A stretch of DNA of 64,000 nt from an uncultured delta proteobacterium (GCA_963850305.1 CAWKKR010000004.1:352001-416000), one strand, 5' to 3'. Positions 1 to 11,175 are shown, numbered from the stretch's first letter. Translations and numbers: made by a program. The notes: a model not told the origin generated them from the sequence alone.

Positions 1-51
1 GGCCGCGCCACGTGGCCACTCTCGCGCATCGCGGCACGGGCGTCGATATGA

Positions 52-870
52 TCAGCGCGAGCTTGCTGCGGCGCAGGCCTTCGCGAGCTCGCCCCACAGC
101 GCCTGGCGCACGACGAGCGGGATGCCATGTCCCACGCCGTCGAACTCCCGCAGGTCCATCGCGAATCCGAGGGCCGCGAGGCGAGCCGCGGCGAGCCGCG
201 TGCCGCTCAGCGGAACCCGCGCGTCGACGGTGCCGTGAAACGCCACGATGGGCGGTGCATCTTTCGGCAAGGTCGATGGCCAGAGCGCGTGCGGCAGCCA
301 GCCACCGACCGGGAACGCAGCACCGATTGACCCCGGGTGCCGCACGCCGACCGCAAAAGTCAACGCGCCGCCTTGCGAGAACCCCATGAGAATCGGCTTT
401 CCGACCGTCGGGCGCGCCCGCGCCACGCGATCGACGAAGTCCGCAACGACGTCGGCTTCAGCCGCGATGTCGCTCGCGGAATCGTCCGATGGAGGTGGCC
501 CGCGCGGGGGGAACCAGGCCCAGCCCCTCGAGTAACGGCTAGCCGAGTGCGGCGCGACGACCCGAGCGTCCGCGGGAAACCCGTCGAAGATACCGACGAA
601 CGACTCGGGCGTGTCGCCGAGCCCGTGGAGCGCGACGATGAGCGGCGCCGGCTCGTCTCCATGAACGTCCCCGGTCGTCACTTCGACGAACGCGAGCGGG
701 AGAGGCGCGCCGGTTCGGTGACTTGGTGGCGTCGCGGCAGGTTTCGCCCTCGACGAAGGCGCGCCTGGAGCCGACCGACAACCGAGCGCCAGCGCCGCGA
801 GCGCGACGAGACTGCGGCGCCATCGGCGGCGCGCGACGGGGCGTGTGTCGCGGGCTCTCACGGCCGCCAT
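52..870 (-). CDS. Phospholipase/carboxylesterase (alpha/beta hydrolase), probable lipoprotein
   Basis: LHGLGD oxyanion motif, GFSQGG nucleophile elbow, FHGTVDARVP and GVGH catalytic motifs; N-terminal LALGC lipobox. Confidence 0.85.
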   Translation of the reverse strand: MAAVRARDTRPVARRRWRRSLVALAALALGCRSAPGAPSSRAKPAATPPSHRTGAPLPLAFVEVTTGDVHGDEPAPLIVALHGLGDTPESFVGIFDGFPADARVVAPHSASRYSRGWAWFPPRGPPPSDDSASDIAAEADVVADFVDRVARARPTVGKPILMGFSQGGALTFAVGVRHPGSIGAAFPVGGWLPHALWPSTLPKDAPPIVAFHGTVDARVPLSGTRLAAARLAALGFAMDLREFDGVGHGIPLVVRQALWGELAKACAAASSR

Positions 871-877
871 CGGTCGT

Positions 878-2341
878 TCAATGCAGCGACTTCGACTCGG
901 CCTCGGGGACGATCATGCCGTCGCGAAACTCGCGCACCTGGAGACCCGGAATGCTCACGTTGGTGCCTGTGACGTCCGTGATGACGACTACGGGCTCGCC
1001 GGGGAGCACCCGATTGCGCTGCGCGAGCTTCTCGAGCGCCGTCTGGATGGTCTTCTCGGGCGTGTTCGAAAAATCGATGACGAACGGCACGACGGAGCGA
1101 TTGAGCCAGAGCTTTCTTCTCACGCTGCTCATGTTCGTGAACGCGTAGATCATCGCCGTGCGCGGGCGGTAGCTCGCGACGAGCTGACCGAGAAGGCCGC
1201 GGCGCGTGACGACGACAATCGCGGACGAGCCGAGCGAATCCGCGACGCGGCAAGCCGAACGGGCGATCTCCTCGCGTGCTCCGGCCGGCCGTCGATCGAG
1301 GTAGAAGTCGAGACCCGGCTCGCGCTCGATCCGCTTGGCGATCCCGTCCAGCACCTCGACGCAGCGCACGGGATACTTGCCGCTCGCCGTCTCGCCGCTC
1401 AGCATGATCGCGTCGGCCTGCTCGTAGACGGCGTTCGCGACGTCGGTGACCTCGGCACGCGTCGGCATCGGTGCGTCGCGCATGGACTCGAGAAGGTGCG
1501 TCGCGACGATGACGGGCTTTCCTGCCATGGAACACTCCCGCACGATGCGTCTCTGGATGACGGGCAGCTCCCGAAAATCCACTTCCACGCCGAGGTCACC
1601 GCGCGCGACCATGATGCCGTCGGCGACCTGCAGGATCTCGGAGAAGTTGTCGACGCCCTCCTGATTCTCGATCTTCGCGATGAGCTTGATGTTCGCCTCG
1701 CCCTTGTCGACGATCGCCCGCGCCTCGAGCACGTCGCTCGGCGAGCGTACGAACGACAGTGCGATGAAGTCGAGCTCGTGCTTGACGGCAAACTCGATGT
1801 CGCGCCGGTCCTTGTCGGTGATGGACGGCAGGTTCACGCGGATGCCGGGCAAGTTGATGTGCTTCCGCGAGCCGAGCTTCCCGCCGTCGATGACGCGACA
1901 GAGGAGCCGGTTCTCGTTCACTTCCAGCACCTGAAGATTGATGAGCCCGTTGTCGACGGTGACCTTGTCGCCCGCCTTCAGATCCTTCACGAGGCTCTGA
2001 TAATCGACGTGAACGCTCCGCTCCTCGGGGTCGCTCACTGGACTCACCGAGAGCGAGAACGTCTCCCCCACCTGAAGCTCGACCGCGTGGGTCAGCTCGC
2101 CCGTGCGGATCTCGGGGCCCTGGAGGTCCACGAGGATCGAGATGGGATGGTTCAGCTTCTGGTTCAGGCTCTTGATGCGCCGGATGGCCATCAAGTGCGA
2201 CTCATGAGTGCCGTGCGACATGTTGAGTCGCGCGACATTCATACCGGCCGCCGCCATCTCGTGGAGCGTCTGCGAAGTGTCGCAGGCCGGGCCTATCGTG
2301 CAGATAATCTTCGTGTGCCTGAACGAGCGTCGTTCCGCCAT
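878..2341 (-). CDS. pyk: Pyruvate kinase
   Basis: TKIICTIGPA, ARLNMSHG, DLQGPEIRTG, IAKIENQEG, MVARGDLGVE and AIMLSGETASG motifs. Confidence 0.97.
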   Translation of the reverse strand: MAERRSFRHTKIICTIGPACDTSQTLHEMAAAGMNVARLNMSHGTHESHLMAIRRIKSLNQKLNHPISILVDLQGPEIRTGELTHAVELQVGETFSLSVSPVSDPEERSVHVDYQSLVKDLKAGDKVTVDNGLINLQVLEVNENRLLCRVIDGGKLGSRKHINLPGIRVNLPSITDKDRRDIEFAVKHELDFIALSFVRSPSDVLEARAIVDKGEANIKLIAKIENQEGVDNFSEILQVADGIMVARGDLGVEVDFRELPVIQRRIVRECSMAGKPVIVATHLLESMRDAPMPTRAEVTDVANAVYEQADAIMLSGETASGKYPVRCVEVLDGIAKRIEREPGLDFYLDRRPAGAREEIARSACRVADSLGSSAIVVVTRRGLLGQLVASYRPRTAMIYAFTNMSSVRRKLWLNRSVVPFVIDFSNTPEKTIQTALEKLAQRNRVLPGEPVVVITDVTGTNVSIPGLQVREFRDGMIVPEAESKSLH

Positions 2342-2386
2342 CGGGACTCCGGAGTTTCACACGGATCGTCCACCGTGCGCCAATGG

Positions 2387-3331
2387 TCAGTCGAGTATTT
2401 CACTCACGGCCGCATCCGCGTCGACGGCCCCAGGCGCCACGCGGGCCATCGCAAACAAAGGCGCGACCTCCGTCGCGGTCGGGCGTTCGGCTCCCGCGAA
2501 GCCGGCTGTTCGTGCCGCCCAGCCGACGATGGCGCGCGGGTCAGCGCCTCGGTTCCGGAGCTCCTCGAGGCTCAGATCGTCCGCGCGCTTCGCCAGTCGC
2601 CGGCCCGACCTGTCCACCACGAGCGGCACGTGAAAGTGCTCCGGCTGCGCGAGGCCGAGCGCCCGGCGCAGCAGAAACTGGCGCGCCGCGCTCGGCAATA
2701 AATCGTCCCCGCGGACGACTTCGGTGATGCCGTCGGCAGCGTCGTCGACGACGACGGCGAGCTGATACGCGGGCAGCCCGCCCTTGCGCGCGATCGGAAA
2801 GTCCCCGACCTCGGCGCCGACGTCGGTGACGTGCGGCCCGGCGAAGCCGTCCACGAGCGGGATCGGTCCGCCCTCCACGCGAAACCGGAGTGCCGCCGCC
2901 TTGCCCGATGCGCGCTCCGCGTCGGCGACGGTCGTAAAGCGGCCTCTGCACGTCCCGGGATAGCGCGGCTCGGTGTCGCCGAGCTGCGGCGCGCTCGCCG
3001 CGCTGCGGAGATCGCCCCGCGTGCACACGCACGGGTACGCGATGCCGCCCGCGACGAGCCTGTCCGCCGCGTCGCGGATCGCATCGAGCCGCGCCGACTG
3101 CACGACGACCGGGCCGTCCCAGTCGAGCCCGAGCCACTCGAGGTCGCGGAGGATGTGCTCCGCGGCGTGCGGCACGACCCGCGGCGCGTCGAGATCCTCG
3201 ATGCGCATCACGACGCGCCCGCCGCGCGAGCGCGCATGCCACCACGCGAGCAAGAATGTCCGCGCGTGACCGAGGTGCAGCGCGCCGGTGGGGCTGGGCG
3301 CGAGCCGGCCGACGACGGGGCTCAGCGGCAT
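2387..3331 (-). CDS. gluQ: Glutamyl-Q tRNA(Asp) synthetase (GluQ-RS)
   Basis: GRLAPSPTGALHLGH (HIGH-like), RIEDLD, YPCVCTR zinc motif, YQLAVVVDD and LAKR; no anticodon domain. Start set at ATG 3331 (MPLSPVVG). Confidence 0.9.
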   Translation of the reverse strand: MPLSPVVGRLAPSPTGALHLGHARTFLLAWWHARSRGGRVVMRIEDLDAPRVVPHAAEHILRDLEWLGLDWDGPVVVQSARLDAIRDAADRLVAGGIAYPCVCTRGDLRSAASAPQLGDTEPRYPGTCRGRFTTVADAERASGKAAALRFRVEGGPIPLVDGFAGPHVTDVGAEVGDFPIARKGGLPAYQLAVVVDDAADGITEVVRGDDLLPSAARQFLLRRALGLAQPEHFHVPLVVDRSGRRLAKRADDLSLEELRNRGADPRAIVGWAARTAGFAGAERPTATEVAPLFAMARVAPGAVDADAAVSEILD

Positions 3332-4722
3332 GCCTTCTCGAGCTCTTCCGCGACGCGCGCCGCCTCGGCCGCGGTTGGATGTGTCTCGTCGTGTTGCCAG
3401 GACTTGAAGTGCGCGCACGCGGCCTCGAACTTGCCCGCCATGTATTCGCTCTGCGCGAGGTTCTGGAGGACCGTCGGATGCGGCTTCAGTGCATACGCGC
3501 GTCCGAAGAGATCCGCGGCATCGGCGTAGCGTCCAGCGTCGTAGGCGGTCACACCGCGTTTGAACAGGTCGCGCGCCTGTTCGCGGACGACGGCGGGGTC
3601 CACGGGAGCGGCGGGGGGGGGTTTGGTGAGGGAAGGCGGGGGCGGGGGCGGGGGCGGAACGGGAGAGCCAGAGGCAGAGGGGAAGCGGGGGGGCGGGGGC
3701 GGAACGGGAGAGGCAGGGGCAGAGGCAGAGGCAGGGGGAGGAGCAGAGGGTGCGGTTGCGGGGATGGGAGGGGGAGAGGGATTTTGCTGGTGCGGATTTG
3801 CGGGTGGGCTTTCCGGGAGGACGGGGGGCGGCGGTTCGCTCTCGGGCGGCTCCCACGCGACGCTGAGGGCCACACGAGGGGACACGCCGAGCGCGGTGGT
3901 CACGCCGGGGCCGAGGGCGGCGCCGAAGACGAGGTCGCCTTCGCGATAGCGCGCGCCGAGCAGCGCGTCGATCGGCGTCGTGCTTGCGCCGAAGAACGAC
4001 GCGCCGCCGCCCAGGACAGTGAAACCAGTGAGCTCGGGGCCAATCTGCAGTCGATCGTCGAGCAGCTCGATGCCCGCGGCGAGGGCGAACGGAATTGCAG
4101 GGCCGACCTGGGCGTCCACGATGACGCGACGCTCGCGCGCGAGGAATCCGAGGCTCGCTGCGTACACGATGTTCGCGTAGCGCCCGCTCGCCGCGACGTG
4201 GGCGCTCGCGCGGAACGCGCCGTCGCCCGTGAGCGCGCTCGCGCTGCCCGTCGGGAGCCATACGCGGAGCTCCGCCCCGACGTCGAGATGCGGCAGGGAG
4301 TACAGGCGCACGCGCCCCGCGATTCGCGCGTCGCCGAGGCCGGCATGCGGGGGACTCGCCGGGTCGTTTCCACCTTGGAAGGGCACGAAAGGCAAATCCG
4401 CACCAACCAACCCTCTCTTCCCGATCGCGTACGCCCCTCCCAGATCGACGTAGAGCTGCGACGAGACGAGCGTGTGCGTCCCGGTGGGCGTGTCCTCGCG
4501 GAGAAGCGGCCGGTACGCCTCGCTCGCATAGGCCTTCGCGTACCAGACCTCGTCACCCGCGACGTTGCCGTCGGGCGCTACGAAGAATCGGTCCCCCGCG
4601 AGCGTCGTCTGCACGGGCTGCAGCTCGAAGCCGTCCGTCGCGTGGGCGCTGCCGCTCGAGAGCAGCAGCGCGGTCACGCAGAGGGCGCCCCTCCAGTGCG
4701 GGGCTCCGCCGACGGGAACCAT
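3322..4722 (-). CDS. Secreted protein: beta-barrel-like N-terminal region, Pro-rich linker, C-terminal TPR-like domain
   Basis: Signal peptide ending SAHA; alternating amphipathic strands; long P/A/S linker; ARDLFKRGVTAYDAGRYADAADLF TPR-like helices. Confidence 0.65.
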   Translation of the reverse strand: MVPVGGAPHWRGALCVTALLLSSGSAHATDGFELQPVQTTLAGDRFFVAPDGNVAGDEVWYAKAYASEAYRPLLREDTPTGTHTLVSSQLYVDLGGAYAIGKRGLVGADLPFVPFQGGNDPASPPHAGLGDARIAGRVRLYSLPHLDVGAELRVWLPTGSASALTGDGAFRASAHVAASGRYANIVYAASLGFLARERRVIVDAQVGPAIPFALAAGIELLDDRLQIGPELTGFTVLGGGASFFGASTTPIDALLGARYREGDLVFGAALGPGVTTALGVSPRVALSVAWEPPESEPPPPVLPESPPANPHQQNPSPPPIPATAPSAPPPASASAPASPVPPPPPRFPSASGSPVPPPPPPPPSLTKPPPAAPVDPAVVREQARDLFKRGVTAYDAGRYADAADLFGRAYALKPHPTVLQNLAQSEYMAGKFEAACAHFKSWQHDETHPTAAEAARVAEELEKACR

Positions 4723-4788
4723 GACCTCGATCGCGCGAGTCTCGCCGCCGGCGCGACGAGCCGCAACCTTTTCCCGCCGGAGCGACGC

Positions 4789-5991
4789 TCAGCTCGGCGC
4801 GAGCTCGGCCTTCCGATACACCGCGACGACCGCGGCACCGCCGAGACCGAGGTTGTGCTGCAGGCCGACTTTCGCGCCGGGAACCTGGCGCTTCTGGCTC
4901 AGGCCGCGGATCTGCCAGTTCAGCTCCGCGCATTGCGCGAGGCCCGTCGCGCCGAGGGGATGTCCCTTGGAGATCAAGCCGCCCGACGGATTCACGACCC
5001 ACTTGCCGCCGTACGTGACCGCGCCCGAGTCGATGAGCTCGCCGCCCTTGCCCACGGGACAGAGCCCGAGGCCCTCGTACGTGATGAGCTCGTTGCACGA
5101 GAAGCAATCGTGAAGCTCCACGACGTCCACGTTCTCCGGCCCGAGCCCGCTCTGTTCGTACGCCTTCCGCGCGGCCTTCGCCGTCATGTCGAACCCGACG
5201 AGCTTGATGCAGCTCTTCTCGTCGAAGGTGCTCGGCAAATCCGTCGCCATCGCCATGCCGGCAATTTCGACCGCGGTCTTCTCGAGCCCGTGCTTTCTCA
5301 CGAAGTCCTCGCTCGCGAGCACGGCCGCTCCCGCGCCATCGCTCGTCGGGCAGCACTGGAGCTTCGTGAGCGGGTCGTAGACGACCTTCGCGGCCTTGAT
5401 CTGGTCGAGCGTGTATTCGTCCTGGAACTGCGAATACGGGTTGTTCACCGAGTGACGATGGTTCTTCTCCCCGATCTTCGCGAAGTGGTCCGCGGTCGTT
5501 CCGTAGCGCTCCATGTGCTCGCGCCCCGCGTTGCCGAAGATCTGCGGCGCAGGCGGCGCCGCGCCGTACTCGCGGAGCGTCATCATCAGCAGCATGTGTT
5601 TGTCCATGGGGTTCGTGCGATCCATGAATTTCGCGCCGAGCGACCCCTTCTCCATCTTCTCGAACCCGACGGCCATCGTGCACTCGGCGAGGCCACCCTC
5701 GACGAGCTGCTTCGCGAGGAACAGCGCCGTCGAGCCCGTCGAGCAGTTGTTGTTCACGTTGTAGATTGGGATCCCCGTGAGCCCGAGCTCGTAGACCGCG
5801 CGCTCGCCCGCCGTGGAATCCCCGTAGCAAAAGCCGACCGCGCACTGCTCGATGGCCGAGTATGCGACGCCCGCGTCCGCGAGCGCCATGCCGCCCGCTT
5901 CCTTCACCATGTCCGGGTAATCCCAGTCGCGCCCGCCCGGCTTCTCGAACTTGGTCATGCCCACGCCCACGACGAACACTTTGCGACCCAT
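4789..5991 (-). CDS. SCP2-type thiolase (lipid-transfer protein family)
   Basis: [28 protein letters not shown] and [10 protein letters not shown] motifs. Confidence 0.93.
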   Translation of the reverse strand: MGRKVFVVGVGMTKFEKPGGRDWDYPDMVKEAGGMALADAGVAYSAIEQCAVGFCYGDSTAGERAVYELGLTGIPIYNVNNNCSTGSTALFLAKQLVEGGLAECTMAVGFEKMEKGSLGAKFMDRTNPMDKHMLLMMTLREYGAAPPAPQIFGNAGREHMERYGTTADHFAKIGEKNHRHSVNNPYSQFQDEYTLDQIKAAKVVYDPLTKLQCCPTSDGAGAAVLASEDFVRKHGLEKTAVEIAGMAMATDLPSTFDEKSCIKLVGFDMTAKAARKAYEQSGLGPENVDVVELHDCFSCNELITYEGLGLCPVGKGGELIDSGAVTYGGKWVVNPSGGLISKGHPLGATGLAQCAELNWQIRGLSQKRQVPGAKVGLQHNLGLGGAAVVAVYRKAELAPS

Positions 5992-6067
5992 GACGAGACT
6001 CCTTTCGTGTCGACGACGGCCTTCGTCATACCATGGAAGGGCGGGCGGCCGCGGCAGCCCCCGATCG

Positions 6068-6880
6068 TCACCGCTCCGCGACGATGTACGCGACCCACGC
6101 AGCGTCCTGGCCGACGCGCGCCCGCGGGCGGAAGACGCCGGTGCCCTCGCCGTCCTCGTCGCCGTCCTCCCAGTACACGGTCGAGCGCGAATACCCGGCT
6201 TCGGCGAGCACTTCGCGGATCTCTGGCAACGTCCAGAGACGCCACTCGTACGTGAACGCGTTCTTCAGCTTCGACCCGCCGGGGAACTCGAAGTGAATGT
6301 GGTTCGTCACGAAGTTGCCGATCGGGTCCACGACGTTCTGGTCCCAGACGTAGGTGAAGCCCTTCAGCTTGCGGCGCTCGCGCATCTCGCGCCAGGACTC
6401 GTAACCGCCGTAAGAGTCGAGGAAGAAGAGCCCGTCCTTCGCCATCGATCGACGCACGCGCGCGAAATACCCGCGCAGCTCGTCCCGCGTACGAAAGACG
6501 AAGTAACTGAAGTTGAGCGCAACCGAGACATCGAAGCGCCCCGGACAGACGTCGCGCACGTCCGCTCGGCGCAGGATCACGCGATCTCCCGGTTCGCCGA
6601 TGGGCGCGAGGTTATGCTTCGTGCCCCACGCGAGCACCTCTCTGTCGAGATCGATCCCGACGGCAGTGCGCCCCCTCCCCTTCACCCACTCGGCGCAGAG
6701 GAGCGCCGTGCCGCAGAAGTCTTCTCGCAGCGTCTCTGCTCGACGCCCGCGCACCTTCCGGAACGTCCGCGACAGGAACGCCGCCTCCGTCTCCACGTCC
6801 TGCACGGACTCCTGATAAAGAAAGTGACGGTCCGAGTTCCTGGCCGTGAGCGGGCGCTTCTTCTTTCGCACTTTGGGCAT
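6068..6880 (-). CDS. Class I SAM-dependent methyltransferase
   Basis: REDFCGTA motif I variant, GIDLD, ADV, ALNFSY. Confidence 0.8.
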   Translation of the reverse strand: MPKVRKKKRPLTARNSDRHFLYQESVQDVETEAAFLSRTFRKVRGRRAETLREDFCGTALLCAEWVKGRGRTAVGIDLDREVLAWGTKHNLAPIGEPGDRVILRRADVRDVCPGRFDVSVALNFSYFVFRTRDELRGYFARVRRSMAKDGLFFLDSYGGYESWREMRERRKLKGFTYVWDQNVVDPIGNFVTNHIHFEFPGGSKLKNAFTYEWRLWTLPEIREVLAEAGYSRSTVYWEDGDEDGEGTGVFRPRARVGQDAAWVAYIVAER

Positions 6881-6916
6881 GGGCGCGGCAGGTTACACCA
6901 GAAGCGCGACGTCGAA

Positions 6917-8275
6917 TCACTTCCGCGACGCAACACATCGGACCGTCTCTGCCCACGTTCCTTCGTCCGTCACCCAGACGACGAGCAGGCCATGGTCGAC
7001 GGACGCAACGGAGACGAAATAGAACGCTTTGGCCGTCGCGAGCGTCTGGCGGCGCGCGCCCGACGGGTCGGCGAGCGATTGCAGCACGAGCTCTTGCTCG
7101 ACGTCGGGCGCTGCGGTCTCCGGCTCCGCGTAGACCAGAACGGGCTCGGCGCAGAGATGCCCGGCCGCCACCGGCGCGGGGTCGATGCCGTTCGGGTAAA
7201 GCGTCCAGGTCGTCTTCGTGTCCATGCTCGGGTTCATCCCGATGTCGAGCCGGGCAATGCCGAACTCGCTGATCGAGCGCTCCTGGGGGATGAAGCCGAA
7301 CAGATCGTGCGCGCCCTGGCGCAGGACGGACATCTCCGTCAGGGGCTGGATCCCGCCGCCGACCCACGCCACCAGATCGTCGCCGAGCACGGGCTTGCCG
7401 TCGGGAAAGCGCACCCTGCGGACGTGCACGGGTGTGAGCGCCATGCGCGCCTGCACGGAGAGGACCAGCACGCCGTCCTCCGTCTGCACGAGCGACACGC
7501 TGTGCGCCGAGTTCCCCTCCGGCGTGAGCAGCTGCGAGTCGGCGCCCTCCGTCCAGAGCTTTGCGCGGAGTGGCGCGTCCTCCTTTTCGGGCCGCACGAT
7601 GTACGCGACGGTCGCCGGTATCTTCGCCACCGTCGTTCCCGGCGCTCTGACCGGCACACCCACCCGCGTCGCGTCGTAAGCATCGCGTGCGAGGATCTCG
7701 AGCGGCCCGAACGCGCCGCTCGCCGGCGCGCGACGCCGCACGAGCTTGCCGTGCGCGATCCAGTAAACGTAGTCGCGAAAGTAGCTCGGTCCGATCGCGA
7801 GACCGAGCGGCGCGGAGTCCAGGGACAGCGGCGCCACTGGCGTCGCTCCGGGAGCGCTCCCGCGGGGGGACCGTTCCAGAGGCGCGAGCAGGAGCCGTTC
7901 GTCCGGCGTATCCCACACCACGCCGAACGGTGTCGCCGCGGCGGGCCCCGCCGGTCCGACCTCGAGCGGCTCGTCCGCGAGAAAGGGCGTCGGCACATGA
8001 GGGCCCTTCGCGGAGCTCGCCGGGCTCGGTGGATGGGTTTGTTGGCGCGTCGTGGAAGCGCCACTCTCACCGCCGCCGTCGCGGTCTCGTCGCCGCCGCG
8101 CGACCGCCGCGCGAGCGGCACGGGCCCGCTCCGCCTCGATCCGGCGTTCCACCTCCGCAATCTTTCGCTCGAGCTCCGCCTTCGTCGGGCCCGGCTTCGG
8201 CGATTCGTGACGGCACCCGATCGCGACCATCGCGACGAGCGTCGCGGCGAACCGGCTCCGGGCACGCTCGGACAT
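6917..8275 (-). CDS. Hypothetical lipoprotein, beta-rich C-terminal domain
   Basis: Long ORF with coding-like composition; MSERARSRF...VAIGC lipobox; start chosen at ATG 8275. Confidence 0.6.
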   Translation of the reverse strand: MSERARSRFAATLVAMVAIGCRHESPKPGPTKAELERKIAEVERRIEAERARAARAAVARRRRDRDGGGESGASTTRQQTHPPSPASSAKGPHVPTPFLADEPLEVGPAGPAAATPFGVVWDTPDERLLLAPLERSPRGSAPGATPVAPLSLDSAPLGLAIGPSYFRDYVYWIAHGKLVRRRAPASGAFGPLEILARDAYDATRVGVPVRAPGTTVAKIPATVAYIVRPEKEDAPLRAKLWTEGADSQLLTPEGNSAHSVSLVQTEDGVLVLSVQARMALTPVHVRRVRFPDGKPVLGDDLVAWVGGGIQPLTEMSVLRQGAHDLFGFIPQERSISEFGIARLDIGMNPSMDTKTTWTLYPNGIDPAPVAAGHLCAEPVLVYAEPETAAPDVEQELVLQSLADPSGARRQTLATAKAFYFVSVASVDHGLLVVWVTDEGTWAETVRCVASRK

Positions 8276-8526
8276 CCAGGCGAGTCTAGTCGAATCGCGT
8301 CCGGACCCACGACCTCGATGGTCCCGTCCGAGCCCCCGCATCGCTCGAACGGCCCTCGAAGACCCGTCGAAGCGGTTCGAGCCCTGCCTGGCGAAGCCGA
8401 CGTCGTGCAGCGCTGCGGGACCCGGGGTCGGCGGCTGCGACGGCATCTCGCGCGCCCTCGGAGTGCCTTCAAGCCGTCAATCCCAACCAGGGACTCCGAA
8501 GGCGCCCCCCGAAGGCGCGTCGCCGC

Positions 8527-9981
8527 TCAGTTGCACGCCGACTGAAACGGGAACACCGTCGCGCAACCGCAGATGCCGTCGGCCTTGCAGCACGGGGCGT
8601 CGGTGGGGAACAGACACGGCGAACATTGGTTCGGGGAGCACGCGGCCGCGACGCACTTGTTTGCCGTGCAAACGTTGGATTGACAGTCTCCGTTCACCTT
8701 GCACGCTTGCTGGACCGCGCACTGGGGGCACGTGGTACCACCGCAGTCGACGTCCGTTTCGTTGCCGTTTTTCTGGCCGTCGCTGCACTCCGCAGGGCGG
8801 CAGGTCTTGTCCCGGGTCCCGGGGAAGCAGAGGAGGCCGTCACACTCGGCCTCGCAGACGCTGTCCGCGCAGTCCGTCCCGATGGAGCAGCCCTCGCCGT
8901 CGGCGCACTTCTTCGGGCATGAGCCGCCGCAATCCACGTCGGTCTCATCGCCGTTCTTCTTGCCGTCGCTACACGTCGCGGGCGGAGGCAGCCCGCCGTC
9001 GGGGAGGCGCGGGATCTCGCACGAGGCCGTCGTACCGCTCTTCACGCACTGCTTGCCGCCCGTACACGGCACCGGTGCCCCGATACCACTGCCGTTCGCA
9101 GTGCAGAGGACCACCGCGTTGCCAACGCAAGACCCGACACCCTGCGCGCAGACGTCCTTCACGCACGAGCCCGCGTTGCAGTACTGGAGAGAGTCGCACT
9201 GCGAGTCGCTCGTGCAGTCCACGCACGCGCCGAGGGTGCGATTGCAGAGCTGATTGCCGGCCACACAAGCGTTGTCCGACGCGCACGGCGTCCGGCAAGT
9301 TCCGGAGAAGCACTGCTCCCCACCGGTGCAGTCCGTGTCGTGCGCGCACTGCACGCACTTCCCGGCGGCGCTACAGACCTGGCCCGAGCTGCATTGCGCA
9401 CCGGCGTCCGCGCCCGCATCGCCCGGCGTGCACGTTCCCGAGTTCACGCAGGTGTCGCCCGCGCAGACCTGGTGAGCCGGACAATCCGCGTTGGCGGCAC
9501 ACTGCACGCAGACCCCCGTGCTGGAGTCGCAGATCGTCTCGCCCGAGCCGTTGCCGCGACAGTCGCGACTCGTCGAGCACTTCTCGGGTGGCGTGCAGAC
9601 TCCTGCGACGCACCGGTCGTTTCCGCTGCACTCGTTGTCGAACAGGCAATCGACGCAACGGTCGGTCGTGCTGTCGCAGCGGGTCCCCGACGCGCAGCCG
9701 CCGTCCACGGCGCAGGCCGGAAGCGACCCGGCATCGCCGCCACTTCCGCCGGGACCCACCCCCGCCGTGCCGCCGCTGCCGACCGATGCGCCCGTTCCTG
9801 AGCCGCCGGAAGCGGCGATCACGCCACCCGCGCCGCCGCTCGCCGCACTCGCGTCGGGCCCGCCGTCACGAGTTTCGTTCCCGAAGTTGCCGGAGCTGCT
9901 CGAACTCGAACAGCCCGCTGCAACGCCGAGACCTACCGAGCACAGCGCAACCCAGCATCCCACTCTGAACGAAAGCGTCAT
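8527..9981 (-). CDS. Cys-rich myxobacterial lipoprotein
   Basis: VAAGC lipobox, Gly/Ser linker, many CxxDxxC repeats, two CSDGxKNGxETDVDCGG modules. Confidence 0.8.
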   Translation of the reverse strand: MTLSFRVGCWVALCSVGLGVAAGCSSSSSSGNFGNETRDGGPDASAASGGAGGVIAASGGSGTGASVGSGGTAGVGPGGSGGDAGSLPACAVDGGCASGTRCDSTTDRCVDCLFDNECSGNDRCVAGVCTPPEKCSTSRDCRGNGSGETICDSSTGVCVQCAANADCPAHQVCAGDTCVNSGTCTPGDAGADAGAQCSSGQVCSAAGKCVQCAHDTDCTGGEQCFSGTCRTPCASDNACVAGNQLCNRTLGACVDCTSDSQCDSLQYCNAGSCVKDVCAQGVGSCVGNAVVLCTANGSGIGAPVPCTGGKQCVKSGTTASCEIPRLPDGGLPPPATCSDGKKNGDETDVDCGGSCPKKCADGEGCSIGTDCADSVCEAECDGLLCFPGTRDKTCRPAECSDGQKNGNETDVDCGGTTCPQCAVQQACKVNGDCQSNVCTANKCVAAACSPNQCSPCLFPTDAPCCKADGICGCATVFPFQSACN

Positions 9982-10099
9982 GACATGGACCGTAGCGTGC
10001 AATGCGAGTTGCCAGAAGTGTGCAAAGCGTGCGCAACCGACCAGTGCTCATGTCGCGACGCGGTTCGACGCGGCGACGAGACGCAACGCGTGATCCCGT

Positions 10100-10474
10100 T
10101 CAATCGCAGGAAACCGCGACTTTACCGTTCGGCACGGGGAGGTTGCTCAGGCAATAGGTGCCCGACTTCTTGGTGCACGCGCAAGCGCAAGCGCTGAGCT
10201 TGTCGTCGTAGCAGCGTCCGTCGTAGACGAAGTTGCACGCGGCGCTGGGCTCGGAGGCCGGCAGGAACCCGAGCTTGCACGCCGACAGAGCGACCGAAGT
10301 CGGCGAGCCCCCCGACGGGGCCCCGCTACCCGGCAGGCTATCGCTGGAGGAGCCGCCGCTCGAAGCGGACGCGCCGCCGGCGTCGCCAGGGCTCGCCGGA
10401 CCGTTCTCGACGACGCCGCCGCACGCGACCAATAACGTCGTCGCGACGAACCACGCGCTCTTGGAAGGACCCAT
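10100..10474 (-). CDS. Small Cys-rich lipoprotein
   Basis: LLVAC lipobox, Ser/Gly linker, eight-Cys C-terminal domain; GGAGG RBS before ATG 10474. Confidence 0.7.
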   Translation of the reverse strand: MGPSKSAWFVATTLLVACGGVVENGPASPGDAGGASASSGGSSSDSLPGSGAPSGGSPTSVALSACKLGFLPASEPSAACNFVYDGRCYDDKLSACACACTKKSGTYCLSNLPVPNGKVAVSCD

Positions 10475-10603
10475 CCTCCTTGAGTGTCGCATCCGTTCCC
10501 ATCCGGCTCAAGGTGCCCGAGCGCCGCACGAAAGCTCGAGTCCCCGGCAGGCGGATTCGTTGCGCGGGCCCCCCTTCGAGGTACGCTCGCGCCCGGACGT
10601 CGC

Positions 10604-11078
10604 ATGGAGAACTACATGACCCCCGCAGGGGCCAAGCGTCTGGCGGACGAGCTGCGGCGCCTAGTCGAAGTGGAGCGTCCGAGAGTCGTCCAGGAAGTGT
10701 CGGACGCGGCTGCGCAGGGCGACCGGAGCGAAAACGCGGAGTACATCTATGGCAAGAAGCGGCTCCGCGAGAATCGACCGGCGCATTCACTTCCTGACGA
10801 AGCGCCTCGACGCGGCCGTCGTGGTCCGGCCAGAGGACGTGCGTCGCGACCAGGTGTTCTTCGGCGCGACGGTCGAAGTCGAAGACGAGGACGGCAAGCG
10901 CGCGGTCTACACGCTCGTCGGCGCGGACGAGTCGGAGCCCGCGCAGGGACGCCTCTCGTGGAAGTCGCCGATCGGCCGCGCGCTCTTGAAAAGGAAAGTC
11001 GGCGACGTGGTGGTCGTGGTCCGACCGGCAGGGGAGCTCGAGCTCGAGATCGTGTCGATCTCCGTGGGCGAGTCGTAG
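10604..11078 (+). CDS. greB: Transcription elongation factor GreB, split by one +1 frameshift near 10772 (probable sequence error)
   Basis: NYMTPAG...AAAQGDRSENAEYIYGKKRLRE continues as IDRRIHFLTKRL...FFGATV...SWKSPIGRALL once one extra A in GAGAATC is removed. Confidence 0.92.
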
Positions 11079-11175
11079 GCCGAAAAGAACGGTGCCCTCG
11101 CGCGGGGTTACGGTTCGTCCGATTATTGCGTCCCTCGGCTTGCACGGGCCTCGTGAACGCGCTGAAACTACGCCG

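Noticed and set aside
9998..10014. Sigma-54-like TGGCA...TTGCA on the minus strand upstream of the Cys-rich lipoprotein
   Set aside because: GG-to-GC spacing is 11 nt rather than the required 10.
10760..10780. Programmed frameshift in greB
   Set aside because: No slippery heptamer, and similar single-base indels occur in unrelated genes across the window.
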